Positions 1-10,530 of a stretch of 64,000 nucleotides of DNA are shown here, in pieces. The notes under the pieces are model-generated. The model had not been told where the DNA came from, ran no database searches, and saw only the letters and a list, made by a program, of their open reading frames with translations. The DNA is taken from the NCBI GenBank assembly GCA_964634875.1, contig CAZWKA010000008.1:978-64977 (forward strand). Reading direction: 5' to 3'. Position 1 is the first letter of the stretch; each line of letters begins with the position of its first letter. The position numbers were made by a program, and so were the translations under genes. Source of the DNA: an uncultured Gammaproteobacteria bacterium. Its GTDB lineage: Bacteria > Patescibacteriota > Patescibacteriia > Magasanikbacterales > GWA2-37-8.

Positions 1-185
1 AAGTCCCCTGATTTGAGGCAATCGACAATATCATAAAAATGCTTATGATGGACGTCGTGTGTTTGTTTATCGATAACCATGAGTCGTGAATGATCGCGAG
101 GATCAATTGGCGTTTGGGCAATCCGATCCGATGGCAGTTCGAAATCAAATTCAGAAGTAAGCATAGTAAAAAATAATACAGGACA

Positions 186-1070
186 CTACAAATACTTAAA
201 GCGATTCTGGTTATGCTCGTCCAAAGTTTTTCCGTAATACATTTTTCCATCATTGCCCGTCAAAAAATACCAATAATCTGTCGAGGTTGGATCAAGTGTG
301 GCTTTAATCGATGTAACACTTGGGATCGAAATCGGCCCCGGTGGAAGACCTGGGTACTTGTACGTATTCCACAAAGAATCTATTGCGCGCTCTTCACTGG
401 TTGTAAATACGTCACCAGTCCTAGCTACAATATAATGCACACTTGAATCAACCTGAAGCGCCACACCAGCCGCAGCCCGTTGCCACAAAATACCAGCGAC
501 AATTTTTTTATCTTCCAGCGTCTGGGCTTCACGCTCCACGATGCTCGCCATCGTCATAACGTCATGAATAGTAAGATTTGGCAAACCTTTACCAGAACCA
601 AAAATTCGGCGCTGTAAACCAGCTTCCTCTATTGCCAGGTTTGCAAGTTCGGTAGCGCGCTGATCGAGAAGTTTTTTAACAATACTCTCAAGACTCGCAT
701 CCACAAATACCTGGTATGTCTCCGGTGCCAAATACCCTTCAAATGAAATCGTTGCAGGCTTACGACTGACAACTGTCAGTTCCGGAACCAAATTAGGGGG
801 CGGACCAGCCCGCTTGGAACGAATCTCCGCTGGCGTGCCTGTGATATCAAACAGGCTTTCCGTCGAACTAGCCAAGTTCATTTTCACCAAATAATCACCA
901 ATCTGGCGGAGATTCCAACCCGGCAAAAGGGTGATGGTAACTTCGGGGCGGGGAGGGATTGATACGGGGACAGAGGCGGGATGCACTGTACGGTACAACC
1001 ACCAACCTACAAACGGGGCAGCTAAAAAAACAAGGAGGCACAGAACAAAAATTTTTTTATTCAGAGACAT
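186..1070 (-). CDS. mltG: MltG/YceG-like endolytic murein transglycosylase
   Basis: 294 aa with an N-terminal TM/signal segment and the C-terminal YceG-type motif (..YWYFLTGNDGKMYYGKTLDEHNQNR..). Family assignment from memory of YceG/MltG proteins. Confidence 0.7.
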   Translation of the reverse strand: MSLNKKIFVLCLLVFLAAPFVGWWLYRTVHPASVPVSIPPRPEVTITLLPGWNLRQIGDYLVKMNLASSTESLFDITGTPAEIRSKRAGPPPNLVPELTVVSRKPATISFEGYLAPETYQVFVDASLESIVKKLLDQRATELANLAIEEAGLQRRIFGSGKGLPNLTIHDVMTMASIVEREAQTLEDKKIVAGILWQRAAAGVALQVDSSVHYIVARTGDVFTTSEERAIDSLWNTYKYPGLPPGPISIPSVTSIKATLDPTSTDYWYFLTGNDGKMYYGKTLDEHNQNRFKYL

Positions 1071-1073
1071 AAC

Positions 1074-2159
1074 TTATAAATATTTTTTTAATCCGCGTTT
1101 TTCAATTTCCGGTAACAATTTTTTCACATCCTGTGCCCGATTTTTGGGACAGACCAAAAGAGCATCCGGGGTATCAACAATAACAATATTATCAAGACCA
1201 ACCGCTGCCACGATGTGTTTTTCTTCACCGTAGATCAGGCAATTCGTAGTATCAATATGAACAACGTTCCCCTTCACAACGTTGCCTTGCGCGTCCCCTT
1301 CTGGTTCACGAAGCTGCTCGTGGAGGACATCCCAAGCACCAATATCGCTCCACCCAAATTCTCCTTTAACGATTAGGACATCTTTTTTAGAGATGTTCTT
1401 AGTGATAGCATAATCAAACGAAATCTTCTCCAGCTGTTCGTATAGCGCACCGACCTCTTGATCTTTCTTGTTTTTAATTGCTGTAATAATTTGTTCTAAA
1501 ATTACACTCATCTTTGGCTGATAGCGTTTAAAAGCACCGAAAAATGAACGCGGAGTCCACATATAGTAGTTACCATGCCACAAATAATTGCCGCTGGTAA
1601 CATATTTTATAGCGCGACGCACATCTGGTTTTTCGGTATGGCCGGCAAAGGCATAGACCTTAACAGCATCTTTACCGCTCAATAGCTTTCCAATTTTAGT
1701 ATAGCCTAATACCGTACTTGGAAACGTAGCCGTTATACCCATATCCAAAAGCTTGCCTGTTGTAAGTACAAGCCCCTCAGCAACACCAAGAGTATCTAAA
1801 AATTTTTGTTGGTCAGCAATAAAATGATCGATTGGCACAAATACTACCGGCTCGTCAGGAGCGGTGACAAACAATTGCGCCACGACATATCCCATTGCGG
1901 GAGCAGTATCACGCCTGCTCGGTTCTACAATGAAGTGGCGGGCTGGTAAGCCAGGAAAAATTTTTTTGAGCGATGGCGCCAGCTCCTTGGTAACCGAAAA
2001 AAATATTTTATTTTTACCAAATCTTTTTACAAAACGATCATACGTTTCTTTAACCAACGGCTTCTTGCTAATCATTGGAAAAAATTGCTTTGGACTGTTC
2101 TTGCGTGCTAGCGGCCAGAGCCGTGTCCCTTGTCCCCCTGCCAGAATAACAATATTCAT
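1074..2159 (-). CDS. Mannose-1-phosphate guanylyltransferase / NDP-sugar pyrophosphorylase
   Basis: N-terminus MNIVILAGGQGTRLWPL..SPKQF is the classic nucleotidyl-transferase glycine-rich motif of GDP-mannose pyrophosphorylases. 361 aa. Confidence 0.7.
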   Translation of the reverse strand: MNIVILAGGQGTRLWPLARKNSPKQFFPMISKKPLVKETYDRFVKRFGKNKIFFSVTKELAPSLKKIFPGLPARHFIVEPSRRDTAPAMGYVVAQLFVTAPDEPVVFVPIDHFIADQQKFLDTLGVAEGLVLTTGKLLDMGITATFPSTVLGYTKIGKLLSGKDAVKVYAFAGHTEKPDVRRAIKYVTSGNYLWHGNYYMWTPRSFFGAFKRYQPKMSVILEQIITAIKNKKDQEVGALYEQLEKISFDYAITKNISKKDVLIVKGEFGWSDIGAWDVLHEQLREPEGDAQGNVVKGNVVHIDTTNCLIYGEEKHIVAAVGLDNIVIVDTPDALLVCPKNRAQDVKKLLPEIEKRGLKKYL

Positions 2160-2185
2160 AATAACAAACAGTAGTTAACAAATTC

Positions 2186-2731
2186 TTACGCTAACGATTT
2201 ATCCAAATACTCGAGGGCTTTATACCCAGCAAGCTGTACCCAGCCTTCAGCGAACTCGCTACTTCGAAGCATGCCTTCAAAGGTATTGCGCGAAACCAGC
2301 TCGACGGTAATATCTTCAGCGTCTTCAAGTGCTTGCTCACCCGGCAACGTAATATCCCGTGCCAAATAAAAATGAATAGTACCGGTAGTGTATTTTCCTT
2401 TGGCTACTCCACCTAAATGCACCATCTTGACTGCGGTGCACCCTGCTTCTTCGGCAAGCTCTTTGACAGCCGCCTCTTCGGGCTTAAGGCCTTCATCGAC
2501 CATGCCGGCAACAAGTGAAGCAACCTTTTTTTCAAGATTCACATAATACTGCCGGATTATTAAAAACTTTTCGTCAGACGTTACCCCTACGACAATTACC
2601 ACATCGTTTTCAACCTGAATTATAAAGTCTAGTTCCTTACCGTGCTGATTAAGCATTTTCCAATTCTCTATCTTTTTATGAGGATGATTGAAGATACTTT
2701 TTTTATCAATTGTCTTCCAGGTTTCAACCAT
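2186..2731 (-). CDS. NUDIX hydrolase
   Basis: Nudix box GMVDEGLKPEEAAVKELAEEAGC (GX5EX7REUXEEXGU-like). 181 aa. Confidence 0.75.
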   Translation of the reverse strand: MVETWKTIDKKSIFNHPHKKIENWKMLNQHGKELDFIIQVENDVVIVVGVTSDEKFLIIRQYYVNLEKKVASLVAGMVDEGLKPEEAAVKELAEEAGCTAVKMVHLGGVAKGKYTTGTIHFYLARDITLPGEQALEDAEDITVELVSRNTFEGMLRSSEFAEGWVQLAGYKALEYLDKSLA

Positions 2732-2738
2732 ACGTTTA

Positions 2739-3260
2739 CTATAACGACCCTAAAAAATAAAAGAGGCTTGAAACGAGCCCGGCAACCACCGCACCACCAA
2801 CAATATCGAGCGGATAATGAACACCGGCATATACTCTCCCCCACGACACCCAAAGCGCCCCAAGAGCTAGCGGCCACGCTACCGGAAGATGGAACAAAAT
2901 CGCAGCAAAAAAGATCAACCAAGCGGTCATGCCGTGGTCAGATGGAAAGGACTTCCAAGACATTAAGGGGGTAAAGAGCAGCTTGCTTTGTGGATAGGTA
3001 ACGTGGGGCCGAGGTTCCCGGACAATTTTTCCGATACCCATATCAATCAACCAACCCAACGACCAAACACAGCCGATAAAGAGCAGTTGCCCAAACGACG
3101 TAAAGCGGTCAGGCCAATTTTCAATCAAAATTGAAGCGGCCAAGTAGCCTCCCATGGCCAAAATAACATATTCCGCACCAACTTTACCAAAAAAATCTAG
3201 GGCTGCGCTGCGGCCAACCAAAGAATTAATTTTGAAAAAAAGACGAGTATTGAGGCTCAT
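2739..3260 (-). CDS. PAP2-family phosphatase (undecaprenyl-diphosphatase/phosphatidic acid phosphatase type 2)
   Basis: Three PAP2 motifs are present (REPRPH.., PSDHG, VYAGVHYPLDIVGG). Multi-TM, 173 aa. Confidence 0.75.
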   Translation of the reverse strand: MSLNTRLFFKINSLVGRSAALDFFGKVGAEYVILAMGGYLAASILIENWPDRFTSFGQLLFIGCVWSLGWLIDMGIGKIVREPRPHVTYPQSKLLFTPLMSWKSFPSDHGMTAWLIFFAAILFHLPVAWPLALGALWVSWGRVYAGVHYPLDIVGGAVVAGLVSSLFYFLGSL

Positions 3261-3324
3261 AGTATAGCTAGTATCCTACCAATTTTAGCTATTTCTGGCA
3301 ACCTCAAATCAGCCCTGTTTTAGC

Positions 3325-3352
3325 TTGAAAAAGATTTATTACCTGCTATAAT
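3325..3352 (+). promoter_or_regulatory. Sigma70-like promoter for the tRNA gene (TTGAAA-16-TATAAT)
   Basis: TTGAAA at 3325-3330, 16-nt spacer, TATAAT at 3347-3352, about 11 nt upstream of the tRNA 5' end. Confidence 0.55.
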
Positions 3353-3363
3353 GGGGGCATTTC

Positions 3364-3436
3364 GCGCCCATAGCTCAGCGGTTAGAGCGCCACCCTTATA
3401 AGGTGGATGTCGATGGTTCAATTCCATCTGGGCGCA
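3364..3436 (+). tRNA. tRNA-Ile, anticodon UAU (reads AUA)
   Basis: Manual cloverleaf. Acceptor GCGCCCA/UGGGCGC; D-arm GCUC..GAGC; anticodon stem CCACC/GGUGG with loop CUUAUAA (U33, anticodon UAU, A37); T-arm GAUGG-UUCAAUU-CCAUC; discriminator A. No encoded CCA. Confidence 0.8.
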
Positions 3437-3460
3437 CATTTTATCTATAACCCAGAGCAT

Positions 3461-3757
3461 ATGTCACTTACTCCTCCACCCCGGCGCCCCAGCGGCACCA
3501 TCGGTATTGGCGGCAGTTTAGGTCGGCCGAGCACTCCAGCTCCAAGCAGCGCCCCAAAAGGCCTGACCAGCATCAGCCAGATGCATGAGTCATCGCATAT
3601 TTACCAAGTTGGCGACTCGACCAGCATGCACGGATCAAGCGAAGGCGCTGGCAGCCACGCTATTGGCAGCATCGCTCAAACGCTTAAAAAGGGCGGACTT
3701 GGAGGGCCGACCAAGCCGTCCGGCGGCACCAGACCTATCATGCCGCTCCTTAAATAA
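3461..3757 (+). CDS. Small Ser/Gly/Pro-rich low-complexity protein (hypothetical)
   Basis: In-frame Met at 3461 just after the tRNA, ~99 aa, disordered-like composition. The terminator lies immediately after the stop codon. No recognisable domain; could be non-coding spacer. Confidence 0.2.
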   Translation: MSLTPPPRRPSGTIGIGGSLGRPSTPAPSSAPKGLTSISQMHESSHIYQVGDSTSMHGSSEGAGSHAIGSIAQTLKKGGLGGPTKPSGGTRPIMPLLK

Positions 3758-3761
3758 ATAA

Positions 3762-3792
3762 AAATCCGCCGCTGAGGCGGATTTTTATTTTT
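3762..3792 (+). terminator. Rho-independent terminator
   Basis: Hairpin CCGCC-GCUGA-GGCGG followed by a T-run. Confidence 0.6.
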
Positions 3793-3825
3793 ATAAAACA
3801 AAACTTTAAAACTTGTAATTTTGGC

Positions 3826-4833
3826 TTGAATAAGCTATACTTGACCGAACATACTTGTATGGTCAAAAAACTTCCGGACACAATTATCATTACTCCCGAA
3901 ACAGCCGCTCGCCGGCTAGATGTTTTTTTAGCCGAAAAACTTAGTGTTAGCCGCTCACAAGCACAAAAAATGATTGAGGAAGAATTGGTTCAGGTAAATG
4001 GCAAACTCCCTCGCAAGGCTGGCGATTCACTATCCGCCGGAGCAAAGATTACCTTCAGCTCCCCTGCCCTAGCGCCAAACATTACAATAACCACTGAAAA
4101 GAAAGCGGCTTCAAAAGCCGAACCAAAATTAGAAATAATTGCCGAAACACCTGATTATATCGTTATTAACAAACCCACTGGCCTGCTCACACACGTCACA
4201 CTCGCTAAAGAAAAAAATTCGGTTGCTTCGATTTTAAGCAAAAAATATCCGGAAATTAAAAAAATCGGCGACGATCCCAAGCGGCCAGGTATTGTTCACC
4301 GTCTTGATAAAGACGCCTCAGGCCTCCTGGTAGTCGCACGCACTCAAGCGATGTTTGAACATCTCAAAAACCAATTTAAAAAACGCACGATTGAAAAAGA
4401 ATACTCGGTATTAGTACATGGTAAAGTTGCTAAAGATTGGGATGAAATTAATTTTCCACTTTCTCGTTCGCAAAATAATGATCGCATGGCTGCACACCCG
4501 GAAATGATGCGCGGCAAAGTTAACGCTATCGGCAAAGAAGCTAAAACTGAATTTTTACTTGAAAAGCGTTTTGTTAACTTCGGTCTTTTAAAAGTTAAAA
4601 TCCATACGGGCCGCATGCACCAAATCCGCGCGCATATGCTGGCCTACAACCATCCGGTGGTTGGCGACCCGCTTTACTTTCAAAAGAAGCGTAAGCATCG
4701 CTGGGATGATGAGCTGGGACGCTTGTTCTTACATTCCACCAAACTAGGCTTTGTTGACCTGGAAGGAAATACTCAAGTTTTTGAATCTCCACTTCCTACA
4801 CAATTGTCTAATTTTTTGAAAAAACTAAAGTAA
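3826..4833 (+). CDS. RluA-family 23S rRNA pseudouridine synthase (RluD-like, S4 domain + catalytic domain)
   Basis: Catalytic motif HRLDKDASGLLVVART (conserved Asp). N-terminal S4-like region. Start could be the downstream Met at 3859. Confidence 0.8.
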   Translation: MNKLYLTEHTCMVKKLPDTIIITPETAARRLDVFLAEKLSVSRSQAQKMIEEELVQVNGKLPRKAGDSLSAGAKITFSSPALAPNITITTEKKAASKAEPKLEIIAETPDYIVINKPTGLLTHVTLAKEKNSVASILSKKYPEIKKIGDDPKRPGIVHRLDKDASGLLVVARTQAMFEHLKNQFKKRTIEKEYSVLVHGKVAKDWDEINFPLSRSQNNDRMAAHPEMMRGKVNAIGKEAKTEFLLEKRFVNFGLLKVKIHTGRMHQIRAHMLAYNHPVVGDPLYFQKKRKHRWDDELGRLFLHSTKLGFVDLEGNTQVFESPLPTQLSNFLKKLK

Positions 4834-4851
4834 CACAAATTACTTTCTTGT

Positions 4852-5439
4852 ATGTACCCCCTTATAATTATTAGCGGCCCAGCCGGAGTCGGAAAAACAA
4901 CTGTGGCCAAGGCTCTATTCAAAATATATCCCGAATTACGATCAAGTGTAACCTACACAACACGCAAGCCGCGCACGCTTTCGACCGAGGATAAAAAAAT
5001 GTACTACGTCAGCGTGGAAGAATTTACCAAGAAAAAAGATGAGAACGGCTTTCTCGAATGGGCCAAGGTTCATGGCGACTTCTATGGCACCGCAAAAGAC
5101 GAGACCGTCGAAATACTCAAGAGCAATCCGGTTCTCTTCAACATTGACGTCCAGGGTGCCGACCAACTCATGAAAACATTCCCCGGGAACTGTATTACCA
5201 TTTTTTTAGTTCCCGAGTCCCAGGAGCAAATGGTTGACCATATCAAAAACAGAGGCGAGATGTCCGAAGGCGACTTCCAGACCAGGTTAAAATCAGCCGA
5301 ATTTGAACTCGGAAAACGCGATATGTTCCAGAACCAAATTGTCAATAAAGAGGGTAAATTGTCCGAAACTATCGATAAAATAGCCAAAATTATCGAGCCC
5401 GCCATTGCTGCCGCCTCAGGTATTGACAAAAATGCCTAA
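4852..5439 (+). CDS. gmk: Guanylate kinase
   Basis: P-loop ISGPAGVGKTTV and TTRKPR motif typical of Gmk. 195 aa. Confidence 0.8.
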   Translation: MYPLIIISGPAGVGKTTVAKALFKIYPELRSSVTYTTRKPRTLSTEDKKMYYVSVEEFTKKKDENGFLEWAKVHGDFYGTAKDETVEILKSNPVLFNIDVQGADQLMKTFPGNCITIFLVPESQEQMVDHIKNRGEMSEGDFQTRLKSAEFELGKRDMFQNQIVNKEGKLSETIDKIAKIIEPAIAAASGIDKNA

Positions 5440-5530
5440 CTTAGCTAAAATAGGCCTACCTTATTTACTTCAGAGCTGGCACCGGCCCTTTCGCTGGACA
5501 CTCGAAATCACATTTTAACCCAAGATTTGT

Positions 5531-5887
5531 ATGGCCGAAGAAATGAAAGCAAACGCTCCAGTCCAGTATAAACCGGGCATGGTCGTCAAAGTCCACCAAA
5601 AAATTAAAGAAACCAACACTAAGGGCGAAGAAAAAGAACGTATCCAGATCTACGAAGGCACCATTATTTCCGTCAAACATGGTTCTGAAGCTGGTGCGAC
5701 AATTACCGTTCGCAAAGTTTCCGAAGGCATTGGCGTAGAAAAAATCTATCCGATCCTCTCTCCGGTTATCGCTAAAATTGAAATCGTCCGCGAGTTCGAA
5801 GTTCGCCGCGCCAAACTCAACTTCCTGCGCGACAAAGACTTTAAGCGTAAAATGGTTGAAAAGAAGGCTCCAGTTGCTGCAAAATAA
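5531..5887 (+). CDS. rplS: 50S ribosomal protein L19
   Basis: Matches the L19 consensus (..[52 protein letters not shown]...[11 protein letters not shown]..). 118 aa. Confidence 0.9.
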   Translation: MAEEMKANAPVQYKPGMVVKVHQKIKETNTKGEEKERIQIYEGTIISVKHGSEAGATITVRKVSEGIGVEKIYPILSPVIAKIEIVREFEVRRAKLNFLRDKDFKRKMVEKKAPVAAK

Positions 5888-5898
5888 GATTAAAATTA

Positions 5899-5931
5899 AA
5901 AAACCTCCGTTCAAAAACGGAGGTTTTTTAA
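5899..5931. terminator. Bidirectional rho-independent terminator
   Basis: Hairpin CCUCCGU-UCAAAA-ACGGAGG with an A-run upstream and a T-run downstream. It sits between convergent rplS and the ACT-domain gene. Confidence 0.6.
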
Positions 5932-5942
5932 TTACTACCAAA

Positions 5943-6377
5943 TTAGAGCAGTTGAGTAAAGCCAAGATCTACTAAAGTCGCGACAGCTTTCTTAAAGCCA
6001 TCCTCTCTGATCAACATGTAATCCTTCGAATAAGTTGAGACAATGGAGAGATTCAACTGAGCATCTGCTATCGCCTGACTAATCGTCGCCAAAAAACCAA
6101 CAGCGTACAACGGCACTGAAGCATGCAAAGTAATCAGGCGATAAAAATATCTATTTTTTTCAAGGAGCTGCAGCTCCGCTAACAAGGCCTCTTTGGTTAC
6201 AACCGTAATTTCATCTGCATCATGCGTTATCAGGAAATGACTACCTTTTACCGGCACCACTGACACTTTCGCATACACATACCTGTCTTCCTCTACGCGA
6301 AAACTACTTTGGTGGATTATTTCTTCAATAGGACTTTGCACACCGCTTTCGCTTACAGAAGATACTTGCCGGTCCAA
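5943..6377 (-). CDS. ACT-domain-like small regulatory protein (hypothetical)
   Basis: 144 aa. The C-terminal half has a beta-alpha-beta-beta-alpha-beta ACT-like pattern (..ITLHASVPLYAVGFLATISQAIADAQLNLSIVSTYSKDYMLIRE..). Weak assignment. Confidence 0.35.
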   Translation of the reverse strand: MDRQVSSVSESGVQSPIEEIIHQSSFRVEEDRYVYAKVSVVPVKGSHFLITHDADEITVVTKEALLAELQLLEKNRYFYRLITLHASVPLYAVGFLATISQAIADAQLNLSIVSTYSKDYMLIREDGFKKAVATLVDLGFTQLL

Positions 6378-9145
6378 CTTTTCTTACACTTCCGGATGTC
6401 GTCCGGAGTACCTACCGCAACGACTTCCCCGCCCCCGTCGCCACCTTCGGGCCCCATATCAATCACCCAATCGGCCGAACGGATGAGTTCGACATTGTGC
6501 TCGATGATAAGAACGCTATTCCCCTTTTCAACCAAACGATCTAAGACTTGCAGCAACCGTTTGATATCTTCAAAGTGCAAACCGGTCGTTGGCTCATCGA
6601 GAATATACAAAGTCTTGCCAGTAGAATGACGCGATAGCTCCAAAGATAATTTGATACGCTGCGCTTCACCGCCCGAAAGGGTGGTGGCGGACTGTCCGAG
6701 CTGGACATAACCCAAACCAACTTCGCGCAGCACATTCAATTTTTCCGCAATCGGTGCAACATCAGCAAAGAATTGATAGGCTTCTTCAACAGTCATGCGC
6801 AAGACGTCCGCAATATGCTTATTGTGGTAGTGTACTTCCAGAGCTTCGCGGTTATACCGCCAGCCATTGCACTCATTACATTCCACGAACACATCAGCCA
6901 AAAATTGCATCGGGATACGGATAGAACCGTCCCCTGAACAGGCTTCACAGCGTCCACCACCTTTAACGTTAAAACTAAATTTACCCGCGTCATACCCGCG
7001 CATACGGGCTTCCGGCAGCGCAGCAAAAAGGTCGCGGATCAAATTAAAGATACCGGTATAGGTCGCTGGGTTCGAACGCGGCGTGCGGCCGATCGGTGAT
7101 TGGTCGATCGCAATAACTTTATCAATATTTGATAAACCCTTAATAGATTTGTGAAGCCCAGGCTCTTCTTTGGCTCGATAAAAATGCTTAGCCAGAGCCT
7201 TACTCAGGATATCAATAATCAGAGTTGATTTTCCTGAACCCGACACCCCGGTAACACAGACCAGCTGACCCAGGGGAATTTCAACATCAACATTCTTTAG
7301 ATTGTGTGCCTGAGCACCTGTAATAACAATTGATTTCGTACCTGCAGCGCCTTTTTTAGGCATCTTTTTGCGGCGAGCAATCGTTGTCCGGCCAAACAAA
7401 TAATCTGCCGTGAGGGATTGTTTTACCTTCTTCAAATCCGGCAAGGTTCCGGCTCCCATCAGCTCACCTCCATACACCCCGGCTCCCGGACCAATGTCAA
7501 TCAGATAGTCAGCGGCATGCATCATTGTCGCATCGTGTTCAACAACGACAATCGAATTACCAAGGTCACGGAGATATTTTAATGTTTCAATTAATTTTTT
7601 AGTGTCACGCGGATGGAGACCGACTGACGGCTCATCTAAAATATAGATAATACCAGACAAACCACTGGATAATTGCGTCGCCAAACGCACGCGGGTAACC
7701 TCACCACCCGAAAGCGTATTCATTGCACGATCTAAGTTCAGGTAACTTAAACCAACCCGCTCCAAATTACCAAGACGAGGGACGATTTCTTTGGTAATAA
7801 GCTGCATGATCTTTGACTTGGAAGCTTTTGCTTTGGTTTGCAAAATCTCTTTCATCTCTTCGATACTCATGGAGGCGAGTTCTGAGATTGTATATTCCCC
7901 AATTCTTACTGATAAAGACTCGGGACGCAAACGCTTGCCTTGGCAGACAGAGCAGATCTTTTCGCGCATATACTGTTCAATTTCTTTGCGCACATACTCC
8001 GAAGTCGTCTCGAGGTGTTTGGCCATGAGGTCTGGGATAACCCCTGGGAACGTGATTTTTTTACCTTCTACCAGGAAGGTTTCCGGTCCCGTGCCATACA
8101 AAATGACATTAAGCGCTTTGGCTGCAAGATCAGCAACCGGAGTATTTAGTGAGAAGCCGTGGCGTTCCGAAACTGCTACTAATAATTTTTGGTAGGCATT
8201 ATGACTTCCTGTAATACGTGTCCAGGGCTGAATCGCTCCTTCCGCGAGGGTCAAGCGCATATTCGGAATAACCAAGCTAGCATCAACTTCCATCGTAACC
8301 CCAAGCCCAGTACAGCGCTGACAAGCGCCGTAGGGACTGTTGAAACTAAAACTACGCATATCAAGAACTGGCATGGTACGTCCGCAGTTGGAGCACAAGC
8401 CGATCGTTGAAAAAACGTGCGTTTTTTCATTGATGAGCACATGAACCAAGCCATCACTGAGGTCCAGAGCAACTTCTACCGGCTTCGTCGGGTCTTGTTT
8501 TTTAACATCAACAATCTTGCCGATCAACAACTCAACGTTATAGGTACTTGTTGCGTCAAAATCATACTGGGGAAGCTCGTTGATTTTGAGCTCTTCACCG
8601 TCGATACGGAGCCACTCATAACCCGACTTCTCTACTTGTTCAATGAGCGCCTTATGATCAACTTTGCCTTTACGGATAAGAGGCGCATAAATAAGCACAG
8701 GTGAATTTTTTCGCGCCAACGTTCGAACTGCTTCCACGACTTCGCCAGACGTATGGGTTTCAACTAAAATATGGCAATCAGGGCAATACTGTTCGCCGGC
8801 TCTTGCAAACAACAAGCGTAAATAGTCATACACCTCGGTAACTGTACCGACAGTAGAACGCGGGTTTTGAGTAAAAATTTTCTGATCAATTGCAATTGTC
8901 GGAGACAGCCCATCAATCGAATCAACATCGGGCTTATCACGAGTTTCCATGAATTGGCGGGCGTAGCTTGACAGCGACTCAGCATAACGGCGCTGGCCTT
9001 CGGCGTAGATCGTATCAAATGCCAAGCTTGATTTTCCCGAACCTGATAAACCAGTGACGACGACTAGTTTATTTTTAGGAATTTCAATTGTCAGGTTCTT
9101 CAAGTTATGGACGCGCGCTCCTTTAATGACAATGTTTTCAGACAT
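6353..9145 (-). CDS. uvrA: Excinuclease ABC subunit A (canonical, with insertion domain)
   Basis: 930 aa. Tandem ABC ATPase with Walker [24 protein letters not shown] and [10 protein letters not shown], zinc modules CxxC, and the UvrA C-terminal ..SWTGKYL. Confidence 0.95.
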   Translation of the reverse strand: MSENIVIKGARVHNLKNLTIEIPKNKLVVVTGLSGSGKSSLAFDTIYAEGQRRYAESLSSYARQFMETRDKPDVDSIDGLSPTIAIDQKIFTQNPRSTVGTVTEVYDYLRLLFARAGEQYCPDCHILVETHTSGEVVEAVRTLARKNSPVLIYAPLIRKGKVDHKALIEQVEKSGYEWLRIDGEELKINELPQYDFDATSTYNVELLIGKIVDVKKQDPTKPVEVALDLSDGLVHVLINEKTHVFSTIGLCSNCGRTMPVLDMRSFSFNSPYGACQRCTGLGVTMEVDASLVIPNMRLTLAEGAIQPWTRITGSHNAYQKLLVAVSERHGFSLNTPVADLAAKALNVILYGTGPETFLVEGKKITFPGVIPDLMAKHLETTSEYVRKEIEQYMREKICSVCQGKRLRPESLSVRIGEYTISELASMSIEEMKEILQTKAKASKSKIMQLITKEIVPRLGNLERVGLSYLNLDRAMNTLSGGEVTRVRLATQLSSGLSGIIYILDEPSVGLHPRDTKKLIETLKYLRDLGNSIVVVEHDATMMHAADYLIDIGPGAGVYGGELMGAGTLPDLKKVKQSLTADYLFGRTTIARRKKMPKKGAAGTKSIVITGAQAHNLKNVDVEIPLGQLVCVTGVSGSGKSTLIIDILSKALAKHFYRAKEEPGLHKSIKGLSNIDKVIAIDQSPIGRTPRSNPATYTGIFNLIRDLFAALPEARMRGYDAGKFSFNVKGGGRCEACSGDGSIRIPMQFLADVFVECNECNGWRYNREALEVHYHNKHIADVLRMTVEEAYQFFADVAPIAEKLNVLREVGLGYVQLGQSATTLSGGEAQRIKLSLELSRHSTGKTLYILDEPTTGLHFEDIKRLLQVLDRLVEKGNSVLIIEHNVELIRSADWVIDMGPEGGDGGGEVVAVGTPDDIRKCKKSWTGKYLL

Positions 9146-9150
9146 ACAGA

Positions 9151-10521
9151 TTATTTAAAATATTGCTCGTAGTTAAAACCTTCACTGGAATGGTGGATAT
9201 AGGAAGCTTCGATATTGAGCTCCAAACCTTTAGCCAACATTTCTTCGGTGATTAAATATTTTTTATCAATCTTGGCTCGATTCAGGTCGTTCCTAAAAAA
9301 ACTATTCGTACCCAAATCAACTGCTTTCTTCCCATCATAACCGATCCAATGGTCTTGATCGGTAATATTGATGTTACATGACTTATTCATTTCAAACTTG
9401 ATGACGTAACCTTTTAGCGGGGAATTCTTGCTAAACGTATCTTTTGCTTTTTTAATTTCTTCCGGTGAAACAGCTAAAACATACTCTTGATAGTCACCGA
9501 AGGTCTGGCCTCGAGCAGTCCCACCAATTTCACCCGAAGTTCCGTTCTCGTTTACCCACCACAACTCTTCTTCAGAAACATCAATCATTTTGGGATAGCT
9601 CCAACCATTAAACAAAGGATTTAAACAGCCTGGGTCACGCAATGGCGAAATATACGTTACCTTACCGCTCACCGTCCCTTTTATGCAGTTATAGGGGTTG
9701 GCCGGGTCTTTGCCACCAAAACCAACACACACTGTTCCAGGTCCTCCACAATAATCCCCAAAACAGGTTGCTGCTCCGGCATTTTGGATAAAAAACCGAT
9801 GGCCGCAATAGAACTTTTCTAAGTTGGCCTGCTTCTTATCTTCAAGCGACAAGTCAAACTGAGTTTTTTCATCCTGCTTGACTGGCGATTTTTGATCTTT
9901 AAAATCTTTAGCAAAAGCAAACTTGGTCGAAGGGGCTGTTTGAGAACAAAACGTTGGCGCATAGGCCTGCGGCTTCACCATCCAGACATTCGGCAAACGG
10001 AAACTGACCAGGTCAGGATTGAGGGTGCTTAAGATAAAATACGACAGGTACGCGATCAAAAGGCCGACCAACGCCCCAGCAATCCGGCCTTTAGAGTGCG
10101 TAATTGTTTCGCTGTTACCACCGGACAGCGCCCATTGGAAACCAGAAACAATAATAACAAGCACAGAAACTATTCCAGCGATACCGATCGCATACTTATA
10201 CATCGAACCAATGAAATCACCAATGTGTTCAAACTGCGTACGACCACCAAAAGCAATCGACGTTTTGGTTTGGCCTGCCGGTAAACATTTCCCCCAATCC
10301 TGACCTTTGCAGTCGCCTGAATTTTCAATCCAGCCTTTGGCCAGTGCTTCTGGGCTCGCTCCAGCGTCGAGGATTGCTCGCTGAGCAATGCAATCCGCTT
10401 TATGCCAGCAAAGTGGGTTGTACTCAGGAATAACCGGCTCACCTTGAGCAAACACGGGGACAGCCAAGGCAATACTGAAAGCGAAGGCAAAAAAAATGAG
10501 GCCACCTATTCTTTTAAACAT
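9151..10521 (-). CDS. Cysteine-rich secreted/membrane protein (hypothetical)
   Basis: Signal peptide (..[10 protein letters not shown]), a Cys-rich N-terminal module, two adjacent TM helices, and a large C-terminal domain with more Cys pairs (about 14 Cys in total). No domain recognised. Confidence 0.5.
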   Translation of the reverse strand: MFKRIGGLIFFAFAFSIALAVPVFAQGEPVIPEYNPLCWHKADCIAQRAILDAGASPEALAKGWIENSGDCKGQDWGKCLPAGQTKTSIAFGGRTQFEHIGDFIGSMYKYAIGIAGIVSVLVIIVSGFQWALSGGNSETITHSKGRIAGALVGLLIAYLSYFILSTLNPDLVSFRLPNVWMVKPQAYAPTFCSQTAPSTKFAFAKDFKDQKSPVKQDEKTQFDLSLEDKKQANLEKFYCGHRFFIQNAGAATCFGDYCGGPGTVCVGFGGKDPANPYNCIKGTVSGKVTYISPLRDPGCLNPLFNGWSYPKMIDVSEEELWWVNENGTSGEIGGTARGQTFGDYQEYVLAVSPEEIKKAKDTFSKNSPLKGYVIKFEMNKSCNINITDQDHWIGYDGKKAVDLGTNSFFRNDLNRAKIDKKYLITEEMLAKGLELNIEASYIHHSSEGFNYEQYFK

Positions 10522-10530
10522 AGCAAAATA

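Noticed and set aside
3407-3460. First 18 codons of ORF 3407..3757
   Set aside because: They overlap the 3' half of the tRNA-Ile gene. If the small ORF is real at all, it must start at the Met at 3461.
5465-5965. 166-aa ORF antisense to rplS
   Set aside because: It overlaps a highly conserved ribosomal protein gene on the opposite strand and runs through the bidirectional terminator. Its product is Phe/Asn-rich and implausible.
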